DNA from: Eledone cirrhosa
Taxonomy: Eukaryota
DNA: 64,000 nucleotides
Direction: 5' to 3'
NCBI GenBank assembly: GCA_964016885.1
Contig: OZ024740.1
Location: 220,720,001 to 220,784,000, forward strand
Below, piece by piece: positions 52,438 through 64,000 of the stretch (positions are counted from its first letter, which is position 1; the number at the start of each line of letters is the position of its first letter). The notes beneath the pieces were generated by a model, which did not search any database, had not been told where the DNA came from, and was given only the letters and a program-made list of their open reading frames with translations. The translations under genes and the position numbers were made by a program.

Positions 52438-54071
52438 ATCTTCTATCATTTTATTATTTGAAACAATGATGTAACGCTAGAATGAACTAAGTCCTTTATT
52501 GGTTCTCGTAAGACTAGTTAAAACTAGGTCAGTTTAGTGCATATGTTGTCTAATTTTAATTACTGTAAATGAATTCAGGTTATAAAGAGATTAGGTAATG
52601 TGCTTAACATGATGAATAACGAATGTGGGAACGAGAGAGAGAATGTTTAGGCTGATTAAGATACATATTAGAATTGGTAGGCTAGTATGCTAGTTTATGC
52701 TTTAAGCATTAAAAAGCTAACTAAAAATAGTTAATCGGCGGGGGAAAACGATATTAACTAATGGTTAATGCTAATTTAGTTTTCTCGCCTGTTAAGGGAA
52801 ACAACTCTGGCGCATTTTCTTCTTCCATTGAAGGCAACAGCCAGTGACAGGGGATGGGGGGAAACGATATTAACTAATGGTTAATACTAATTTAGTTTTC
52901 TCGCCAATTAAGGGAAACAAATTTAAGGCATTATTATTTTCTTCTTTTTCTTCTTCTTCTTCTTCTTCTTCTTCTTCTTCTTCTCCTTCTCCTTCTTCTT
53001 CTTTGAGTGAATATCTGATCTCCGAGCTACGCACTTTATTGAGTAACATTACTCCAAAGACTCGTTGGAGGAACCTCATTTCGGCTGCTTGTATTCTCTA
53101 TCATACCTATCATAGTAATTAATAAATCACAAAGTGAACAGCTGCTTACTCTTGAAATTTATGTGTAAACAGCTTAATATTCAATTGACACATATACTCT
53201 TAACAATTCTCAAAGAGATTCAGTGTGGGACTCTGCAACAAGGTGAGCCCTTTGAATTACAGGAACAGTATATATGATGGGTTTTCAAATAGTTTCTGTT
53301 TACTCAATTTCACTCACAAGCCTTGGGTCTAGCCAAGGTTATTGTAAAAGAAACATGCCCTATGCGTCATGCAGTAGGACGGACTAAATCTTATGATTGT
53401 GAAATGAACTTCTTAACCATTGTTATGCCCGTAAATTTCGAAGTAAATGCACAAGATTGTACATGAGCTGAGAGCCACTATGTTGTCTCAACTTATCACT
53501 ACAACAATATCCCACCTAGCACTACCGCATTCAGTGCTGATTTGCTATAGTGTTTCTTTTTTCTTGTGGAATAGCATTGTGTTATTATAATTGTATTCAG
53601 GGATGTGAATTGGCAGTATTGGTGGAACAGAGGACAAAATGCTTTGCAGTATTTAGTTATGACTTTCTACGATCTAAGTTCAAATCATGCTGACATCATA
53701 TTTGCTTTACATCCTTCCAGGGTCAATAAAATAAGGTACTTGTTAAGTACCGAGGTCGATATAATCAACTTTATCCTTATATATATATATAGTATATATA
53801 TATAGTATATAAAGGAACAAAGAATCAGTGTTGCATCATATACATATTTATTACATATTACATATGTTTCACTGCCGATGAGCTCTAGGAACGATCTATT
53901 AATGATCGAACCTGACTCTGGAATAGGAGGCTCCTCAGATATGTTTTAATATGCAGGTTTGAGTCTGAGAGCCTGCATATTAAAGCATTAAATACTATTG
54001 ATATTCTGCTCCCCAAGAGCACCGAGTGCTCACCTGGCATACTGCCTACAGATGCAATTAACTTGCACCTT

Positions 54072-54120
<49 letters not shown>

Positions 54121-54639
54121 ATATATATATATCTTAGTCTTAGCCTTAGGTTCTTCCGCGCCATTTGGTGCATCGAGCAGTAAGTACTCACAAGCGGTCA
54201 TGATCAGTGGCTTTCGCGTCTTTGTCAAATGATGTTGGCTGCCATCAGGTCTTTTCGGAATGTTTGTTGCCAGGTGATCCTGGGGCAAACCCGCCTCTGT
54301 TTGCCACCAGCTGGAATCTAGTTCATTGCTGTTTTCGAGTGTTGTGCGTTGGGCAAGCGTAGAAATGGCCAACCAGGCAGCACCGGCGCTCTGCGACCAT
54401 CCTCTGTAACGTCCATGACTCTCTGCAGGATTTCCTCGTTTCGCACTCAGTGGAAAGTGTTCAGCCGTCTCTCTATCTTTTATAATTGTTGATGATTTAG
54501 TGTTAAAGAATAAAAACTAGTAATCAAATAAAAAAATATTTTAAAAAATGAGGCCCTCAAAATTCTGAAACTATAAACTATAGATTATTTAGCTTATAGG
54601 TAAGTCCAGCACTCGCTCCTAGAGCTGAAACTACACCAA

Positions 54640-55468
54640 AGGTGCCGAGAAAAGCATCATGCTAAATGTAAAACCAAGTTTTAAGATGATTAGAAACTAG
54701 AAAACGTCAAGTGAATATAGAATAGCGAGAATTGCAACAAGTGCGTAAACAGCAATAACACTAACCAACTGGCCGATAGGTATCGACTGGATTTCCCGAC
54801 TGCACCACAGTGGACGTGGGCACACCGCAGCGGGACATCTAGATCGTATTTAGATAGGTTCTTCATTAGAGAAAGGGACAAGGAGATGTTAAGCTGTCCA
54901 TGAATGCACATGGTTGCCTATTCAGATCACAAATTAGTCGTCTGCTTAGTCAACCGTGATAGAACACATAGACAAGGACCCGGGTACTGGAAGCTGAACG
55001 TGTCGTTGCCGGCACGTAAAGCTTAAAGTGAACGGATAAGTAGACTAGTCAAGCAACAGCTAACAGGAGCCATCGTCAACAATAAATGGTAGTACTCTCT
55101 CAAGAAAGCAATTAGAATAGAATTGATAGGGTTTAGCAGAGAGTTAGCCTTAGAGAAAAACAAAATAGAAAGAGAACTAGTAGCCAAGGTAGAGGAGGCA
55201 CTTAGAAATGGCAACGCGGCTAGAGTGTTAGCGTCAAGAACGGCACTGGACCAGTTCTTCGATGCGAAACATGAAGGCTGTGTGGTCAGAAGCAAAACAT
55301 GTGCTCTAGGAAACGAAGGAGCGAAAGCTGTCAGCTGGGCCCGAGTGGCGGAGGCGAAAAGTGGCAACAAGTCCACGATTTGGTCTTTTAAAGACCAAAA
55401 CGGACGCGTGCTACTTGACCCCAAGCAAATGTGCGCGACCTTTCAGCAGCACTTTGCGCGACTGTTTG
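54640..55468 (+). mobile_element. L1/Tx1-clade LINE endonuclease fragment
   Basis: SYLDRFFI, YSDHKLV, GPGYWKLNVSL motifs, followed by ORF 55123-55575. Confidence 0.75.
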
Positions 55469-55626
55469 TCATACATATATTCATATATACATACATATAT
55501 ACATATATACATATATATATATACATAAATACATTTAGTCATACATATATAAAAAAAAGAAAAAGTCTATATTAGTAGTATGACAAAGTCCATTCATTAT
55601 ATTAGTCGATCCGGTTTGTTATTGTG

Positions 55627-57250
55627 TTATTTCTCTTTTTTTCTCTTGTTGTCCTGCTTCCTTTGGTTTTCAATGTTGATGCTTACATCATGGATTAGCT
55701 TCCACCATATTGGTCTGTCAGAGACATAATGCCTCCAGCAGTGAAGAATGTTACCTTTTTTCGAAATATCCTTGATCGTGTCCTTATACTTCAAGATAGA
55801 GTGTCCCACATGTTGAACACTATCCTCAAGCTCACCAAAAAGAAGTTTCTTTATAGGTTTACAATCATCCATTCAGAGGACATGGCCGGCCCATCTGAGT
55901 CTATTCCTTATGAGGATAGTTTCAATGTCAGGAGTTTTTGTACATTTCAGTACCTCATCGTTTGTGACAAAGTGGTCCCATTTGATGCTGAGAATAAACC
56001 TAAGGTGTCCTTGCTGAACTGTTCTTAACTGTCTTATGTGGTAACGATGGAGAGTTCACATCTTACTTCCATATGACAAGAGAGGAGCTACACATTGGTT
56101 AGTCTCAGATGTCAGTTCCCTGGATTCAAAGACTCTCACTCTTAGTTTACCTACAGCACAAGTGGCAGCTTCAATACGTGCACTAAGTTCTTCATCTAGT
56201 TTACAGTCTTTGGTGACATAGCTGCCACTCTGGCAAGTTTTTGCCCATCAATAAAAAAAATCAACTTGCTCTCCGACACTCATTGTTTCAGTCTTCTTAA
56301 TGTTGATTCAGAAGCCCATTTTCAATGAAACTGTTATATGTAGATAACAGCTGCTGGAATCATTGCAGAAAACAGCAATATCATCAGCATATTGGACCTC
56401 CCTTATGAAATCATGTCTTGGACCATTATATCTAAAGTGTACTTTGATGCTGTGTGAGGAGCTGACTTCTTTGAAGACTATAAAGATCAATACAGCAGCA
56501 TAGAGCCCAAATAGTGAAGGGGAAAGTTTGCAGCCTTGCTTCACCCCACTATTGTAGTTGATAGGGTTTGGCAATTCACCATCTATAATAAGCCTAGCAT
56601 TCATATTTGAATATAGAATCCTAATGATGTTAACAAATTTTGCTGGACAGCCAAGCTGTCTCAGGATTTCGAAGAGTAGTTCTCGATTGACGCAGTCAAA
56701 AGCCTTGGTGAAGTCTATAGAGGCGATGTGTAAATATTACTACTGTTCTCTTCATTTCTCCATAATTTGATGTAAGGTGAAGTTACCATCTATAGTGTTT
56801 CTATTCCTCCTATATTGTGACACAGGGTAGGCTTTTTTCAACAATTCGTTGTAGTCTGTGGAGTATAATGTCGGCAAAGAGTTTTCTAACCACACTAAAC
56901 AATGATATGCCATGGTAGTTTTCACAGAGACTACGATCACCTTTCTTAAATAGAATACAAATGTTAGCATCAATAAGATCAGATGGTAAGCTTTCTGAGA
57001 TCCGGAACCGATTAAAAATAAATAAAGTAGAGATGTTCTCAAAGCATTGCCACCATGAGCTAAAACCTCTGGGACTATTCCATCAGGACCTGGACTCTTC
57101 CTAAGTTTAGTGTTTTTGAGTGCTGTCTCAAGTTCTTTCATGGTAATAGGGTTGTCAAATTATTCATTGATTGGTTGATGCTCCATTTCCTTAAGGATTT
57201 CCCGATTAGCATCAGTTGGTTGGTTGAGGGGTTCACTAAAGTGCTTAACC
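55627..57250 (-). mobile_element. Degenerate RTE/BovB-like LINE RT region
   Basis: KSPGPDGI, IDFTKAFD, GVKQGCKLSPSLF, QYADD, LRWAGHV, KKLLFGEL. Confidence 0.85.
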
Positions 57251-57959
57251 AATATATACAAGAGAAAAAAGTATCATGTAAATATTCTTGAACATGTTCG
57301 TCAGACTTATTCTGAATATCAGCTGGTTCTCACAAACAGAAGGCACAGAAGTTTCATGGGGATCTGAGGTGTTGAGTATTGAGGCAATGGTATAAAAGCA
57401 ATGTTTATGTTGGACCTAATGCCTTGTGGAAACACAAGAATGAGTGCCCCAGACCATGTGGTTTCAATACTGCACCTTGCACCTGGTGAGTGCATATGCA
57501 AAACACCATGCACAGAAACTATGTGTTATTTCTGAAAACATCCAGAAAGTTTACACAATTAGGACTGATGGAGCGAATTATCAACAGAGTTTTTAGTCCT
57601 AATATTCTGGGGGTCTGTTCACGACAGGTTGGACAGAAAGTTCTCGTCGTTTTTCAAATTTTTATTGACTTCGACATTTTTTAATATTAGGAACATTTTA
57701 CAAGTCAAAATAATTGCCATCATTTGCGATTACCATCTGCTATCCTTTAGGAATTCTTCTCACTTCAATGTAAATAATTCCGTCAGCCACTGATTCAACT
57801 GGTCTTCATTGGTTTTTGACTGCATTGCATTGCTCATCTAAAGAAAAAAGTAATAGTCTGTAGGTGCGAGTTCGATCAGATACGGCAACTAGGGCAGAAC
57901 CACCCAACCTAGCTCCAGCAACTTCTCATGGGTCACTCCTTGATATATGTGGGTGAGCG

Positions 57960-58795
57960 CTACTTTGCTGGGTGACTTATTAGGCTGATTGTTTAGTAAT
58001 TCTGGCAGAGTCTTAAGTTTCCTTTTTTGGGAATGGGTATCATCAGTGATTGGGTCCACTCATTTAGCCACTTCTTTGTTTCCCATATCTTCTGACAGGT
58101 AACTGTCTGTGCCTTAATAAGTTTTGGCCCTCCATGTTTTAGGAGGTCTAATAGAATTTTATCAACTCCTGGAGATTTATCATCTTTAGTAGAGGAAGAC
58201 CACGAAAAACATGGGCGGAGGTGGTGAGAGCAGACCTCAGATCGCTGAAGCTCATGGTGGAGATGACGAAGGACTGTGACAAGTGGAGAGATGCTGAATA
58301 GGACCCGTCCCACCCTTGCAAGCAGGGAAAAGCGGACGTATGATGATGATGATGATTAATCATGGGCGCCACTTCTTCGACTTCCTCCTGAAAAATTGGT
58401 GTATCCTCAATTTCATTGTTCTTATTGGTGGAATTGTCCAGGATGTGGATATCATGTCTGAGTTTGTGATTACAAAGGTTTTCATAATACTCAGACCATC
58501 TTTCGATGACATAAGCCTTGTCTGTGAGGAGCAAGTCAACTTTGTCCTCAATGACATTGGTGGTGTGCTGCTTTCTTTTTTTATTAGCATTTTGAGGGTT
58601 TGATAAGCAACCTTGCTGATGCCCTTTTTTTATTCCAGCTTTGATGTTTTTGCACTGGTCTTTGGCTTCCCTCATTTTCTTCCTGACCTTCCTATTCCCA
58701 GCATTGTATTGATGTATAGCTTTCTGATCTGTTAGTTTGGTCTTCCTAAAGTCACTTCTTAAATCACATAGGTCCAAGATGTCATCAGATGTAAT
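57960..58795 (-). mobile_element. RTE-like LINE fragment with a nested short + strand RTE tail (58185-58356)
   Basis: KSPGVDKI..LLKHGG, IPIPKKGNLRLCQNY, VIERWSEYYENL. Confidence 0.75.
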
Positions 58796-58864
58796 TACAG
58801 GGGCATAAAACTGGACCAACCATAACATGAATCAAATTAAGAAAGCGACAAAAAGCTTTAGCAC

Positions 58865-59355
58865 AAAATAATTAAGGAAATGGACAAATTAGATGAGATT
58901 AAGTTTGGTTTTATGCCAGGGAGGAGCACCACAGATGTCCTCTTTCTATGAATGAATGACAGGCTATACAATGTTGTGTGCAATGTGTAATGCTGCATGA
59001 TATTGAGGCATTAGCACTGAGTGCAGAGAGAAATGAGGTGAGCATGCTTCAATGGATGTACACTGTTAATATGTATAAATTATGAGCTGAGAGAATAACT
59101 GGATATAAGAGGAATCAGATGTAGTGTCAAAGAAAGAAGACTGCACTCGTATGGACATTAGATGCATATGGATGATGATTATTGGTTAAAGAAGTACCAA
59201 GAAATCCTAGTGGAGGGTAGCTGCAGCAGAGGAAGACCTAGGAAGACTTGAGAAGAATTGATGAGAGCTGATCTCAAATCCCTAAAGCTCACAGTGGTGA
59301 TGATGAATGAACACATGAAGGATGCTGGAAATGATCTATCCAACCCATGTACGTG
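58865..59355 (+). mobile_element. Internally deleted old RTE fragment
   Basis: FGFMPGRSTTD-like start joined to GIRCSV-ERRL and RGRPRKT motifs. Confidence 0.65.
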
Positions 59356-60519
59356 AACAAACTATCCTTTTGAATTACAGGCACAAATCATATTTTCCAG
59401 TTGAGTGGACAGGAGTAACTTGAAATAAAGTGTCTTGCTCAAAGACACAACAAATGGTTGAGAATCAAACTCATGACTGTGAGCCAAGCACTGTAATCAC
59501 TTAGCTGTATGTAGATGCAACAGGACAACATAGATTACTGCAATAAGTAACAACACCAGTGTCAAAAGATTGGCTTATAGTGATGCATGTAGATCTTCTT
59601 GTATTGCTGTTGATAATGTCATTAATGTTGATCACAATTGATGGATATCATTCCTCCTTCATCATTCAAAAGTCAATTGACAAACTTTATTATCTGATAC
59701 ACTATACAAGGAAGAACATTGCCGGGAACTGATTGCTATTCTGTTGATAGTGTGTTATCTAAATTAGACATGAATAATTATAGACACGCTATTGGAATTA
59801 AATTCTATTAATATTCAAAGAAGTGTCTCTAGTGATAACCTTTGAAATGTCTGATTCATTCTCAAAATGTTTTGGAGAAGATATGTCATGTCTTAGGGTA
59901 TATGCTGAATTTAGATATTCATTTAAATAGTATTAAGAAAAGAATTCCATGAAAAACAGAAGAACAATAATCAAATATAAAAATGAAATTATTTATATGC
60001 ATTTCGATCTGTTTATTTCTAATGGGTTAGGGGTGGAGTACATATGCTGCCAGGGAGAGTTAGCATAGGACTGGTGAAGTTTTGACTAGTCAGCATATTT
60101 GAAATGTTACCCTAAGTCCATAAGGTATATAGAATGTTTTATATGTCCATCGTCCCACACCGTGCGTAATTCTTTCCTCGCTTACTTTCGCATGGTTGAG
60201 ATGTGTCTCTCGTCTTCTCGTCAATATTCGCAAGTTCTTATGTTCAAATGAATCATTGACTTGATTTTCTCATTTTTTCCTCTGTTTATGTTGCCTCACC
60301 ATTCATGTTTCTTTACCTGTCTCTCTTTCTCCACCCAATTCTTTTTATCCCAATAACTTATTTTAGTTATTGTTCGTGCTAGCCTGAGGTATCTGGTCTT
60401 TAATGCGAAGAAATACCTATGATGGCTAGTAGATCACTGATGATGGATAGTCCTATTTCTAATTCTTCATTTTAATTTGTTTATCACATTTGCAACAACA
60501 CAGCACACCATTTTTCATT

Positions 60520-60583
<64 letters not shown>

Positions 60584-60598
60584 ATTTTAATATAGATG

Positions 60599-60649
60599 AG
60601 ATTCTACAGGGCTAGAACTGTTTCATTGTTTAGAAATCATCAGGAATCT
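60599..60649 (-). ncRNA. Type I hammerhead ribozyme in an inverted PLE terminal repeat
   Basis: AGAUUC-CUGAUGA-UUUCUAAACAAU-GAAA-CAG-UUCUAGCC-CUG-UA^GAAUCU: stem I AGAUUC/GAAUCU, stem III ACAG/CUGU, GUA cleavage triplet; stem II weak. Confidence 0.75.
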
Positions 60650-60750
60650 GGCTTTCCAAAAATAAATGTTGTGGTATTTATATCTTTTCAGGTAGTAGGA
60701 GAGGGTGGGGAGTGGGATGGGTAGAGGTGATTGGTTGAAAGAAAAGGGAA

Positions 60751-61094
60751 TTCATTACATCGGCATGACTTCCAATAACTTTAAGACTTGTTGGTATGCC
60801 CATACCCACTCCTTCAGAAGACCGGACAAATCAAACCAGACAACACTCGCTTCCTATGTTTGGGACCTCAAAAGGAACTCCACCCCCTTCACGCTTAAAT
60901 GGAAAATACTCCAGTGAGAATGCTCTTACAACGGAGGACACAAGGGCTGCGACCTTTGTATCTCAGAGAGCTACAAAATTTTATTCGCCAAGGGCCCGCT
61001 ACTGAACAAACTCTCTGAACACTGCCCGAACTGCATGCACAAAAACTTTGCAACTTTCAAATACCTTAAGCCAGTGATAATGCCCGATGGCTGA
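60751..61094 (+). mobile_element. Penelope-like element GIY-YIG endonuclease C-terminal fragment (one TGA stop)
   Basis: HYIGMTSNNFKTCWYAHTHSF...TTLASYVWDLK...FTLKWKIL*...CDLCISE...LLNK.SE..CMHK is the characteristic PLE endonuclease tail. Confidence 0.85.
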
Positions 61095-61489
61095 AAACGA
61101 CTTCCCCCTTTTAGCCTACTTCCTTCCCACCCCACCCCTACCCCTCCTCAACCTGAAACACGGCCACTATGGTTATATAAGTACCTCTTACCTATCTGCA
61201 TTTTCTGCTTGTAGAGCTGTTTTTATGTGCCTGTGTATATGCGTATATTTATGAGTATGTATTTGTATGAGTAGCCGTTCGTTTGTATGCATATCGCTGT
61301 GTGTAGGTGCATTCACATGTCATCTATGTGTGTATATTTATATGTATGTATATATGGTTTTGTGTATGTGTGTGTGTATATGTGTATATATATATGTAAA
61401 TGGAATAGTATGAAACGAAATTTCATTTCTCACTCTTAGTACGGCACTTACTTAAATGTAAGTATGTATGTATACGTACATACATATAT

Positions 61490-61795
61490 GTATACAGACG
61501 TACAGTAGTATGTATATATATATACATACATGCACACATATATACATGCACGTATCGGTTTACCGAACATTTATTATAATGCTCGGTTTGTTTGTTTGTA
61601 AACAAACAAATATATGTCATTGTTGAACAAAAAGGTGACGTGGTTGCCTAAACACTGTACGGCGTAATTCGGGCTGTTTGTTTGTTTACAAACAAACAAA
61701 CCGAGCATTATAATAAATGTTCGGTAAACCGATACGTGCATGTATATATGTGTGCATGTATGTATATATATACATACTACTGTACGTCTGTATAC
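61490..61795. repeat. About 120-bp inverted repeat (61490-61610 / 61677-61795)
   Basis: Arms differ only by one TA unit; 66-bp spacer; abuts the PLE RT fragment. Confidence 0.9.
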
Positions 61796-62781
61796 GTCGG
61801 ACTGGAGGCGTCGGAAGAGGCGGAGGATGGTGCGGTGGAGGGGTATGGTGGAGGGTGGTAGGTGATGGGGAAGGGGAGACGGTGGGTGGGTGTGCGGTGG
61901 CGTGGGGTGAGGGTGGTGGAGCGGTGGACAGCACGGGCGCGGGTGAGAGCGGCTTGGACGAGAGATGGGGGGGGGGGGGTAACCTCTGCGGATGAAATGG
62001 CTGACTAGGGAAAGGGCCTGGGACTCAAAGTCAGCATCTCGGCTACAGAGGCGGCGGATCCTGAGGAGTTGGGAGTAGGGAATAGAGTGTTTAGTGTGTG
62101 TAGGGTGGGAAGAGGTGAAGTCGAGGTAGGAGTGGAAGTCGGTGAGTTTGAAGAAGGCGGAGGTGACGAGGGAGTGGTGGGAGGGGTCGAAGGCGACGGA
62201 GATGTCTAAGAAGTGGACGTGGGTGGTGGAGATAGAGGTGGTGAAGTGGAGGGAGGGGTGGAAGGAGCAGAAGAAGCAGAGAAAGGAGTCGAGCTGTTCT
62301 CGGGTGAGGGTCGTGGCTCCGATAAAGTCGTCGATGAACGACCGTACAGTTCGGGCGTGGGGCCGGTGTACTGGGCAAAGATTTGGGCCTCAACATGGCC
62401 AACAAAAAGGTTGGCATAGTTTGGGCCCATTCTTGTACCCATGGCTACCCCCGTGACCTGTTGGTAAAACTCACCCGAGAAGGAGGAACAATTGAGGGTG
62501 AGGACCAGCTCGGCGAGGCGAAGGAGGGTGGGGGTGGAGGGGATGAGGGAGGGGCGAAGGTCGAGGTAGTGCTTAAGGGCACGTAGGCCGTCGGCGTGGG
62601 GGATGACTGTGTAGAGGGACTTGATATCTAGGGAGAAGAGGAAGGGCTGTGGGTCGGGTGGGAAGGTGAAGGAGTCGATTAGGCGCAGGGCGTGGTTGGT
62701 GTCGGAGATGTGGGAGGGGAGGGTGGTGACAAGGGGGCGAGGATGGAGTCAAGAAAGGCGGAGATGAGTTCGGTGGGGCAT
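61796..62781 (-). mobile_element. Penelope-like element reverse transcriptase fragment (frameshifted)
   Basis: [46 protein letters not shown]...SSHP...SIPYSQLLRIRRLCS are PLE RT motifs. Confidence 0.9.
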
Positions 62782-62907
62782 AATGTATATATGTGTGTAT
62801 ATATATATGTATATATGTATATATATATGTGTGTATGTATGTGCATATGTATGTATATGTGTATATATATATGTATATATATATATGTATATATATGTAT
62901 ATATATG

Positions 62908-62994
<87 letters not shown>

Positions 62995-63144
62995 ATATAT
63001 ATATATGTATATAAATATATATATATATGTATATATATGTGTGTGTGTGTGTATATATATATATGTGTGTATATGTGTATATATATATATATGTGTATAT
63101 GTATATATATAAATATATATATGTGTATATGTGTATATATGTAT
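62782..63144. repeat. Compound (TA)n/(TG)n microsatellite
   Basis: Directly visible. Confidence 0.95.
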
Positions 63145-63643
63145 CGAGCTGATAAACTCCGACATCACACACTTACACCTCTCCAAGACAATGTCACTGG
63201 ACCGAGACCTTTGGCGGTACTCAGTAACAGAGAAGACCCGCCTTACCTAAATATATAGTAAAACCTACTCCAGCCAGTAGGCATCTCTAACAAAATACAC
63301 CCCGTCCCACCACTCCCACCCCATCCACACCACCCCATTCTATGTAAAGTTATGTTGGTGCCGCGCCATCCAGGCCGAAACAAATGAGATCGTGTAGGTG
63401 TCACGACAAAAAAACACACAGTCCACGCTGTAATGTGGCCGTGTAGGCAACACGGTAAAAACCTCCCAGACCCACACTGTAAATGTGGTTGGTGTTAGGA
63501 AGGGCATCCAACTGTAGAAAACCTGCCAGACAGTCCTATGCGAGCAAGACAATCACTCTTGCCTCAAGTGGGACTACCCCCGTCCAAACCCATGCAAGCG
63601 TGGAACACGGACGTTAAACGTTGATGATGATGATGATGATGAT
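63145..63643 (+). mobile_element. 5'-truncated young RTE LINE inserted in a TA/TG microsatellite
   Basis: Reverse complement of the 34843-35345 segment; (ATG)n tail. Confidence 0.92.
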
Positions 63644-63908
63644 ATATGTGTGTATATGTGTATATATGTGTGTATATGTGTATATATGTGTGTATATATG
63701 TATATATATGTATGACAAACCACACCCCTGATGTTACAGCCAGTAAACCGCCAAGCCCTTTGGCAATCAGTCTGGAACAAGCTGTTGAAATGGCAAGAGC
63801 TCAACCATCGGGTCCCAACTCTTAATAATATAACCATACTCTTCTACACCAAGTATTGAGTACTCTGTTGAGTAATGGTCTAACCAGTTTCAAACTGGAT
63901 CCAGCTCG

Positions 63909-63976
<68 letters not shown>

Positions 63977-64000
63977 GTTATTCCGGGTTGAATCGGAGGT

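Overview
AT-rich, repeat-dense animal genomic DNA. The SINE/RTE families and the (TA)n and (ATG)n microsatellites suggest an octopod cephalopod (inference). Two spliced host genes lie on the minus strand: the first nine coding exons of exocyst component EXOC5/Sec10 (22449 down to 2332, continuing beyond the window's left edge) and a 72-aa Tom6-like mitochondrial import gene (52229 down to 49570). The rest is mostly mobile DNA: a decayed full-length Ty3/Gypsy LTR element with a 5-bp TSD just upstream of EXOC5, many RTE-clade LINE copies (young copies carry a PHD finger inside ORF2), CR1/L2-, L1/Tx1- and CRE-like fragments, SINEs, pogo/Tigger-type MITEs and Penelope-like element (PLE) fragments. 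The most striking feature is a 4.4-kb array (40501-44908) of essentially identical, highly structured 310-bp units sitting in a (TA)n microsatellite. Each complete unit carries a minimal type I hammerhead ribozyme (14 in total: 5 on minus, 9 on plus), and the array switches orientation at 42199/42200. This looks like a non-autonomous 'retrozyme' (hammerhead circRNA retroelement). A hammerhead with the same unusual core sits next to a Penelope GIY-YIG fragment at 60599-60649, pointing to the likely mobilising partner.
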